Part shown: piece after piece, positions 53,862 to 64,000 of the stretch
Layout: the number at the start of each line of letters is the position of its first letter
Position numbering within the stretch: the first letter of the stretch is position 1
Assembly: GCF_009914755.1 (NCBI RefSeq)
Contig: NC_060948.1
Length of the DNA: 64,000 nt
Source: the human T2T-CHM13v2.0 reference genome, Homo sapiens
Reading direction: 5' to 3' (one strand)
The notes under the pieces: model-generated
The model's input: only the letters and a program-made list of their open reading frames with translations
The model's database searches: none
What the model was told of the DNA's origin: nothing
Position numbers and translations under genes: made by a program

Positions 53862-54110
53862 GGGCTGAGCATGGTGGCTCATGACTGTAATCTCAGCACT
53901 TTGGGAGGCTGAGGTCTGGAGATCTCTTGAGGCCAGGAGTTCAAGACCAGCTTGGGCAGTATGGCAAAACCCTGTCTCTACTAGAATTACAAAATTTACC
54001 CTGGCATGATGGTGCATGCCATTAATCCCAGCTACTCAGGAGGGCGGAGGCAGGAGAATCTCCTGAACTTGGGAGGTGGAATTTGCAGTAAGCCAAGATC
54101 ATGCCACTGT
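53862..54110 (+). mobile_element. Alu, 3'-truncated; another partial antisense Alu lies at about 55915-56185
   Basis: GGGCTGAGCATGGTGGCTCATGACTGTAATCTCAGCACTTTGGGAGG; stops after CATGCCACTG without a tail. Confidence 0.88.
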
Positions 54111-56898
54111 CTTGGAATCTTCTATCTAAACCTGTGCTTTCTATTACATAGCCACTATCCTCATGTGGCTCTTCTTCTTTAATTAAAATTCAGTTCTACA
54201 GTTACAGTAGCCACATTTCTAATACTTGCTGGCTTTCATATTGGACAACACAGGTGTACATTTGCATCCTTGGAGAAAGTTCCACAGATTGGACAGTGCA
54301 GAATCCTAATGTGTGTCTCACCTTTGTCCCATACCCTCAAGTATTTGCTAAGTGTTGCAGCTATTCCCTTCCCTTTCTGTGACAACGGTGTCATTTTCTC
54401 CCAGGGTTTCAAATTCTCCCACTTCACCTGACAGTTTTTCTTTGCAAAATTGACTGAAAAACTATAGCCTTCTTGCTTCTTCAGCTGTTTACAAAAGGAA
54501 AACCAAACTGACAACTTACGATAAACATGGAATGTATATAAAGTAAACTCCGTCTGATCTTCTGCCCATCTGTGTAGTTGATAACAGCACCATCATGCAA
54601 TTGTTCTTTGAGTTCCCTTCTGTCTGTCCTCCTGCTGATTTAGCACCATGCTGCTCACCCATTTGTGGCTTTTCATATAGGGCTGAGTGTGGGGATGCAT
54701 GTTATCTCCCTTACACACACACTGACACTTCTACATCCACACCCACACACACATGCAAACCACCCACACACAAACACACACATTTGCCCCCCTTCTTTTT
54801 AGCACTGCTGCTTCAATGCTTGTGCAGAAGAAGGTAACAAGCACTTCTTTTGGCAAACTTCAGCTCTAAAATTTAGCCCAGTAATAATTCATGATATCAT
54901 TATTTACTTTATTCAATTTTCCACTGCCCATCCTTTCTCCCATAACCTTCCCTGGAGAATTATTGCCAATTCCTCTAGTTTTTCACGGCTTTTGTATCAT
55001 TCTTGCTTGTCTTTGTTACCCAATTTTTCTTCCTCAATCTGTTTTTCATCTGTTTTCTAAAGCAGGGGCAAAGGTTTTCCTTGGAAGACCAGATAGTGAA
55101 TATTGTTGGCTCTGTGGGATAACCTGATTGCAGGTACTTAACTCTGCCTTTGAAGGGTGAGAGCACCTTAGATGGTAGTGAGAAAGTGAACAAGGCTATA
55201 GTCCCCCATCTCACATGATATTTTAAATCCTACTTCATCATGCCCAGAGTCTTCTATTTGCCTTTCCTTCTACAGTCATAACCCTCCAATTCTAAAGTTA
55301 AAGCTGCCAGCTGTGCCTTGATTTTATTTATGAAATGCATCATTCATTAGCACATGCATATCATGTTTCTTCTGATTCCGTTTTGTGTACGTGAATCAGG
55401 AGAAGATCCAGTGAGGCTTGATGAGCCTTGGTTTCTAACCCACCTCAGATGTATCTTCCAGGAGTTTGACTAACTCCTCGCTTACTTGATATCCACCCCA
55501 TGTTGAGAATTTTACCAGTCACCACTTCTCAGTTTGCATTTGGCCTTCCATGTTATTCTAGAAAATATTAATTGAGCATGTCCTGTGAGTCAGACACTGT
55601 GCTGGGTACTTTACTGTAAGGTGCTACAAAGTTACTACTATTCCATAAAGAAGAAAGCCAACAATAGGTTAAGTGCTCCCTGTGGTAACATTGCAAGTAA
55701 GTAGCAGAGCTACATAGAACCTAACTTTTTTTTATTTCAATCCTCTTGAGTTAAAAATACACACAGTGGGGTTACCATTGAGTATATCCATCCATGTTCC
55801 CTCCCATCCGTCTTTCATCTATATTTTCATTATCTGTGCTAGAAGCCAAGGAATCACTTGTAATTTTTCCAGCGTTTCTCATGAGTTTATTTCTTTTGCG
55901 AATCTGTTTGTTGTTGTTGTTGTTGTTCTTGTTTGAGGCAGGATAGTTCAGCTTACTGTTGTGTCATGTAATTCTCTCCTGTCAGGCTCCAGAGTAGCTG
56001 GGACTACAGGCAGACACCACAATGCCCAGAAATTTTAGTATTTCTGTAGAGATGTATTTTTTTGTAGAGAAGTGTTTCTTCTTTCATGCTGTTGCCTTGG
56101 CTGGTCTCAAATTCCTGGACTCCAACAGACTGTCTGCCTCAGCCTTCTGAAATGCTGGGATTACAGGCATGAGCCATTACACCTGTCCCAATCTGTTAAA
56201 CTTCTTTGTAAGATCTCTCAGTACCTCAGAATATTTTCCTTTATCTATCATTTCTTTCATCCTTTATAGAATAGAAAACTTCCTTTCTTATAAATTGGTG
56301 TATCAAGAGGCATATCATAGTCTCTTTTATTAGCACGGACATGTATTTATAACACACATAGTTCAGTTAGAAAGAAAAAAATAGAGCACAAAGTGCTGCA
56401 TTGCCTCACTTTTCTAGGTAAGTCACATGAGAGAAAGCTGATTTTAGCTTCCCCCAACAGATGCCTTATGGAAATTTCTAAGGCAAGCTAATTAGTTTCT
56501 TCATCTTCTCACCACTCTTTATGATCCTTAACTTACCATCTACCTCTGTTAAATCTTCTAAGTGTCAGTGCTGGTGCTAACTGCTCCAGTCCAAGTGAAG
56601 CCTAGCTTACTCCACCAGACACTCAGGGTCCTTTCAGTTGAATGTGCCATACATTCAGATCGTGAGAATATTGTCTGTGATGTTATGTTAGAGGTCTTCT
56701 GGTTTTCTTATGGAAATACATAGGATTCTATAAGAAATATCACAATTATATCATTTGTTTATTCCAGAAGTCATGCATCTTCACTAGTATGTGGGGAATG
56801 GTGACAAGCTTACTGGCGTATTTCAGGTTTAAGTTAGAAAGCAAAACAAAAGAAGAATTTTACATTTCCCATTGGTCATCTTTGAATTTCAATATTGA

Positions 56899-57060
<162 letters not shown>

Positions 57061-60041
57061 TAGTTTTCATAGGAATTTTTATTCCATTGTAACGATATAG
57101 TGTAATATGATTTTAGAACTGGAAGATCTGGACAGAGGAGGTAAATGAAATCCAGCACAATTAAATGAGGCTTGCACTGGAGTCCCAGAGACTGATAGCA
57201 GTCAACCAGGGCATATCCTGGGAGTTGTTTATTTATACTTTAATTCAGCACAGACTAGCATGACCTCTGACTTTCCCATGATGTTCAGTTCATTATGTCA
57301 TCCATCATGAATTGCTGCCACTTGAACACTTAAAACCCTAGTCCACCTGTAGCAAGTTGTGGCTTTGAAATGTCATCCATCAGTGTTCAGGCAGTTTTCA
57401 TGAATCATATTTTTCATCAGGACCTATTGTGTTCCATCCATTAAAATTCAGGCAGTTTTCATGAATCATGTTTTTCATCAGGACCTTCGGGGTTAAAAAA
57501 GACCCTCAGTGACCCTCAGCAGCACTTCCTGACTGGGTGATTCATGTATGCTTACATCCCCAGTGACTACCTTGGCAATGCACAGGAAGCGCAAAAGCAG
57601 TACCAGAGATGATGACACCTTTTTTTGTCAAGAATGTTTCCAGAAACCAGGCTTGGCTCGAGAACATGTTATTATTCAGAGTAAACCAGCCCATAGATTT
57701 TTGACGTGAGAAGAGCCCAGTCCTTTCCAATTTATGTTTCTAATACATTGCTGGCATGTTTGCACTGTTTCTCTCAAGCACACAAGTCAGCTTTAATGAC
57801 ATTTGAGGAAGTGATATTGTAAGTTACTTGCAATGTATAATGTTTAAGTGGGTGATACTTTTTAACTATTCAGGACTTGTCACCAAAATATGGTAGACAG
57901 GATTATGTGCCAGGTATTATTGTGGCATTACTTTCTCATATTATGAGAACACTGCTCATTAAAACTTGTTTTGAGTACTTGTAGCAGTATTGCTTTCTAG
58001 GATGCAGCTACTTGTATATAATTTCTGTGCATTCCACTGGCCCTGTTGTGGAGAAAGGAGCAGACATAAAAATAATTTGTTGCATATATTGATTTTAATT
58101 CTTTCTCCTGCTACCATTCACCTTGTTAAAGCATTTTCACAATTTGCTTCTAATCTTTCAGAATTGATCATCATTGTAAAAGAAACCACTGCTTGATCGA
58201 GACACGAAGAGATCCATTTATCTAAAGATTCACTTAGGTTTGTCATGACAATGTGAGTGAAGTGAAGCATGCTTTAGATGTCCGAGGGATTTTGGGAAAA
58301 TGGGCTACCCTCCTCCAGCCCAAGATTGGGAACAGCTTCTTTGGCAAGGAGGCTGTCTCTGTTTCCTGTGGCTGTTGTAACAAAGTACCAAAAGTGTAGT
58401 GGCTTTGGACATCAGAAATGTATTTCCTCATTTCTGAGGGCCACTGTCTAAAATCAAGATATCAGTGGTGACAAGATTCCTATGCAGGTCTTAAGGTAAG
58501 AATCTGTTCAGTTTCTCTCCCAGTTTCTGGAAGTTCCCTGGCTTGTAGCAGTGTAACTCCAGTCTTTCTGTGTCATTTTTCTCCCTTTGTGCATATCCAA
58601 ATGTTCCTTTTTTTACTAAGTACATGAGTGGTTTTATTAGAGGCTCACCCTACCCTAAAATGACCTAATCTAAAATAACCATATATACATGTAACCTATC
58701 CTTCCAAATGAGGCCACACTCTGCGGTACTGTCACTTAGGACATCAACAAAAGAATTTTGAAGAGAATACACTTCCACCCGTAACTGAGGTGTTATTTTA
58801 AAACTATATTTTTTAAAAAATAATTCCATATAATGTGAAAACAGATCTCTTTTATGTCTCTTGAAAATAACAAACAAAGCAAAATCAAACTTTTTTTTTC
58901 TGCGCAAGAAAACCATCTATAGAATTTACAGAATGAAATGTCGGCATTCTTCATTCCATAAGGATACATTAATCTGTTATTGCTCACACTGTCATTTATG
59001 ACAACCGTCACTGTCTGCACCAGTTCATAGCTCATGCTGCTCTTGACCTCATAGACGAGAACATGTGGCTTTTGAACAACATGTACTTGAAAAGTGTGGA
59101 CAAGTCCAATAACTGGTTTGTGCCAGCACTCATTACTGCAGAGCATACCTTTTTCCCTTTTTAGTAAAGATAATTAACTAAAGTTTGGGTTTACAAACTA
59201 GAGGAACATGGAACACAGATGCCTGGCTCTGAGTCTGTGTGCTTCAAAATTTGTATGAATGTAAAAGTTTCCATTTATGGGACTACTTTGTTTTATTAGG
59301 GGAGAAAATATTTTGTTGAACAGCTAATGATTAAACTAAGTCTCATACCCCCAAAGAGTTTATCTGATTCATATCAAGGTTGATGTTACATTACTTTTAG
59401 CTTTTTTCTTTTTTTACTTAGAATGCTTATATTCTTTTTCTGGTAAAACTAAGCTAATTTTGAACCCAGTTAATGTATTCAAGTCTTCCATCAGAAATAC
59501 ATGGAGTGTGACTAATTTGAAGAATATTGTATCAATGAACTGGTTGCTTTTTGTTTTTTACTTCTAAGAAAAATATTGCCTTAATTATGTCACATATGAG
59601 ATTTATTATGCTTCATGGCATAAGGCAAGAAGATGGAATAAATCACTTCCTTACTGATGTTCATGATTAACATATAAAAGTAAGTCATGTTCTATAATTT
59701 TAAAAATCTGATGATGGAAAAAAAGATTTGATCTTTGTCAGGAAACTGGCCTTTTCAAGTAACCCACTTAGGCTGCACAGCTTACGTTTCAGACTGCGTT
59801 TTCTCATAAGAACTGTGTCTGTCAACTCCCTTGGCAGGCAAGTCTTCACAGCGAGTTGAATGGGTATTTAGGAACACAACTTACAATAGTTATTTGTAGA
59901 ATATTGTGAAGGCAAATTGTTTTCATGTTTTCCCTCTTAGTGTTCATAGTTGATTTCATCAGGGAACCATAAAGATAGCAAAGAAGCAGCCTACATAAGG
60001 GAAAACTAATTAAAATTTAATCTGAAATGTTTCCATCTATA

Positions 60042-63000
60042 TTCTTTTTGTTTAATTATATTTTAAGTTTTAAGGTACATGTGCACAACGTGCAGGTTAG
60101 TTACATATGTATACATGTGCCATGTTGGTGTGCTGCACCCAGTAACTGGTCATTTAACATTAGATATATCTCCAAATGCTATCTCTCCGCCTCCCCCACC
60201 CCATAACACGCCCCGGTGTGTGATGTTCCCCTTCCTGTGTCCAGGTGTTCTCATTGTTCAATTCCCACCTATGAGTGAGAACATGCGCTATTTGGATTTT
60301 TGTCCTTGTTATAATGTGCTGAAAATGATGGTTTCCAGCTTCATCTATGTCCCTACAAAGGAAATAATCTCATCATTTCTTATGGCTGCATAATATTCCA
60401 TGCTGTATATGTTCCACATTTTCTTAATCCAGTCTATCATTGTTGGACATTTGGGTTGGTTCCAAGTCTTTGCTATTGTGAATAGTGCTGCAATAAACAT
60501 ACGTGTGCATGTGTCTTTATAGCAGCATGATTTATAATCCTTTGGGTATATACCCAGTAATGGGATGGCTGGGTCAAACGGTATTTCTAGTTCTAGATCC
60601 CTGAGGAATTGCCACACTGACTTCCACAATGGTTGAACGCGTTTACCGTCCCACCAACAGAGTAAAAGTGTTCCTATTTCTCCACATCCTCTCCAGCACC
60701 TGTTGTTTCCTGACTTCTTAATGATCACAATTCTAACTGGTGTGAGATGGTATCTCACTGTGGTTTTGATTTGCATTTCTCTGATGGCCAGTGATGGTGA
60801 GCATTTTTTCATGTGCTTTTTGGCTGTATAAATGTCTTCTTTTGAGAAGTGTCTGTTCATGTCCTTCACCCACTTTTTGATGGGGTTGTTGGTTTTCTTC
60901 TTGTAAATTTGTTTGAGTTCATTGTAGATTCTGGATATTAGCCCTTTGTCAGATGAGTAGATGGCAAAAATTTTCTCCCATTCTGTAGGTTGCCTGTTCA
61001 CTCTGATGGAAGTTTCTTTTGCTGTGCAGAAGCTCTTTTGTTTAATTAGATCCCTTTTGTCAATTTTGACTTTTGTTACCATTGCTTTTGTTGTTTTAGA
61101 CATGAAGTCCTTGCCCATGCCAATGTCCTGAATGTTATTGCCTAGGTTTTCTTCTAGGGTTTTTTATGGTTTTAGGTCTATAATTTAAGTATTTAATCCA
61201 TATTGAATTAATTTTTGTATAAGATGTAACGAAGGGATCCAGTCTCAGCTTTCTACATATTGCTGGCCAGTTTTCCCAGCACCACTTCTTAAAAAGGGAA
61301 TCATTTCCCCATTTCTTGTTTTTGTTAAAAAAACAAAACAAGGTTTTGGTTGTTTTGTTTTTGTTAAAAAAGCAAAACAGGTTTGTCAAATTTCAGATGG
61401 TTGTAGACATGCAGCATTATTTCTGAGGTCTGTGTTCTGTTCCATTGGTCTATATCTCTGTTTTGGTACCAGTACCATGCTGTTTTGGTTACTGTAGCCT
61501 TATAGAATAGTTTGAAGTCAGGTAGCGTGATGCCTCCAGCTTTGTTCTTTGGGTTTAGGATTGACTTGGCAATGCGGGCTATTTTTGGTTCCATATGACC
61601 TTTAAAGTAGTTTTTTCCAATTTTGTGAAAAAAGTCATAGGTAGCTTGATGTGGATGGCATTGAATCTACAAATTACTTTAGGCAGTATGGCCATTTTCA
61701 CGATGTTGATTCTTCCTACCCATGAGCAAGGGATGGTCTTCCATTTGGTTGTATTCTCTTTTATTTCATTATGCAGTGGTTTGTAGTTCTCCTTGAAGAG
61801 GCCCTTCACATCCCTTGTAAGTTGGATTCCTAGGTATTTTATTCTCTTTGAAGTAATTGTGAATGGGAGTTCACTCATCATTTGGCTCTCTGTTTGTCTG
61901 TTATTGGTGTATAAGAATGCTTGTGATTTTTGCACACTGATTTTGTATCCTGAGACTTTGCCGAAGTTGCCTATCATCTTAAGAAGATTTTTGGCTGAGA
62001 CGATGGGGTTTTCTAGATGTACAATCATGTCATCTGCAAACAGGGACAATTTGACTTCCTCTTTTCCTAATTGAATACCCTTTATTTCCTTCTCCTGCCT
62101 AATTGCCCTGGCCAGAACTTCCAACACTATGTTGAATAGGAGTGGTGAAAGAGGGCATGCCTGTCTTGTGCCAGTTTTCAAAGGGAATGCTTCCAGTTTT
62201 TGCCCACTCACTATGATATTGCCTGTGGGTTTGTCATAAATAGTTCTTATTATTTTGAGATCTGTCCCATCAATACCTAATTTATTGAGAGTTTTTAGCA
62301 TTAAGCATTGCTGAATTTTGTCAAAGGCCTTTTCTGCATCTATTGTGATAATCATATGTTTTTTGTCTTTGGTTCTGTTTATATGCTGGATTATGTCTAT
62401 TGTTTTGCGTATGTTGAAGCAGCCTTGCATTCCAGGGATGATGCCCACTTGATCATGGTAGATAAGCTTTTTGATGTGCTGCTGGAATTTGTTTGCCAGT
62501 ATTTTATTGAGGACTTTTGCATCAATATTCATCAAGGATACTGGTCTAAAATTCTCTTTTTTTGTTGTGTCTCTGCCAGGCTTTGGTATCAGGATGATGC
62601 TGACCTCATAAAATGAATTGGGGAGGATTCCCTCTTTTTCTATTGATTGGAATAATTTCAGAAGGAATGGTATCAGCTCTTCCTTGTACGTCTGGTAGAA
62701 TTACACTGTGAATCCATCTGGTCCTGTACTTTTCTTGGTTGGTAAGCTGTTAATTATTGCCTCAATTTCAGAGCCTGTTTTTGGTCTATTCAGAGATTCA
62801 GCTTCTCCCTGGTTTAGTCTTGGGAGGGTGTATGTGTCAAGGAATTTATCCATTTCTTCTAGATTTTCTAGTTTATTTGCGTAGACATGTTTATAGTATT
62901 CTCTAATGGTAGTTCATATTTCTGTGGGATCAGTGGTGATATCCCCTTTATCATTTTTTATTGTGTCTATTTGGTTCTTCTCTCTTTTCTTCTTTATTAA

Positions 63001-64000
63001 TCTTGCTAGCAGTCTATCGATTTTGTTGATCTTTTCAAAAAACCAGCTCCTGTATTCATTGATTTTTCGAAGGGTTTTCTCTGTCTCTATTTCCTTCAGT
63101 TCTGCTCCGATCTTAGTTATTTCTTGCCTTCTGCTGGCTTTTGAATGTGTTTGCTCTTGTTTCTCTAGTTCTTTTAATTGTGATGTTAGGGTGTCAATTG
63201 TAGATGTTTCCTGCTTTCTCTTTTGGGCATTCAGTGCTATAAATTTCCCTCTACACACTGCTATGAATGTGTCCCAGAGATTCTGGTATGTTGTGTCTTT
63301 TTTCTCATCAGTTTCAAAGAACATCTTTATTTCTGCCTTCATTTTGTTATGTACCCAGTAGTCATTCAGGAGCAGGTTTTTCAGTTTCCATGTAGTTGAG
63401 CAGTTCTGAGTGAGTTTCTTAATCCTGAGTTCTAGTTTGATTGCACTGTGGTCTGAGAGAAAGTTTGTTATAATTTCTGTTGTTTCACATTTGCTGAGGG
63501 GTGCTTTACTTCCAACTATGTGGTCAATTTTTGAATAAGTGCAATGTGGTGCTGAGAAGAATGTATACTCTGTTGATTTGGTGTGGAGAGTTCTGTAGAG
63601 GTCTATTAGGTCTGCTTGGTGCAGAGCTGAGTTCAATTCCTAGATATTCTTGTTAACTTTCTGACTTTTTGATCTGTCTTGTGTTGACAGTGGGGTGTTA
63701 AAGTCTCCCATTATTATTGTTTGGGAGTCTAAGTCTCTTTGTAGGTCAGTAAGGACTTGCTTTGTGAATCTGGGTGCTCCTGTATTGGGTGCATATATAT
63801 TTAGGAGAGTTAGCTCTTTTTGTTGAATTGATCCCTTTACCATTATGTAATGGCCTTCTTTTTATCTTTTGATCTTTGTTGGTTTAAAGTCTGTTTTATC
63901 AGAGACTAGGATTGCAACATCTGCCTTTTTTTGTTTCTCATTTGCTTGGTGGATATTCCTCCATCCATTTATTTTGAGCCCATATGTGTTTCTGCATGTG
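60042..64000 (-). mobile_element. L1PA3/4-like LINE-1 'C' in TRAPPC2 intron 5: 3'UTR and most of ORF2, continuing beyond the window
   Basis: Long ORF2 fragments (240, 318 and 257 aa) including LFADDMIV and the C-terminal cysteine-rich region; T-rich tail at about 60042-60060. Confidence 0.95.

Noticed and set aside
58793-59146. 117-aa minus-strand ORF
   Set aside because: Antisense shadow of TRAPPC2 exon 4.

Overview
Primate (human or great-ape-like) genomic DNA: AT-rich, repeat-dense and strongly CpG-depleted, with no intact protein-coding gene. The core is an unprocessed, intron-containing pseudogene copy of the head-to-head OFD1/TRAPPC2 gene pair. OFD1 exons 1-5 and 7-12 lie on the minus strand (about 24.3-51.6 kb) and TRAPPC2 exons 1, 3, 4 and 5 on the plus strand (about 51.8-59.7 kb), with the decayed bidirectional promoter between them. 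Together with an ELOC (TCEB1) retro-pseudogene, this combination is typical of Y-chromosome ampliconic sequence; the chromosome assignment is an inference. The window also holds the 3' half of a HERV-K-class provirus (HML-6/LTR3-like), a 3.1 kb degenerate (CCCTAA)n interstitial telomere-like array, several L1PA elements, an LTR22-like LTR and many Alus. I see no new functional gene system. The most interesting signals are fossil ones: a spliced L1 (SpIRE) nested in another L1 under one shared TSD, three L1s sharing apparently private substitutions (two in inverted orientation), a fossil AT-AC U12 intron, a pseudogene copy of a known TRAPPC2 disease splice allele, and decayed NRF1/RFX/BANP-like promoter motifs. 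Gene and repeat names come from my recall of reference sequences, not from database searches.
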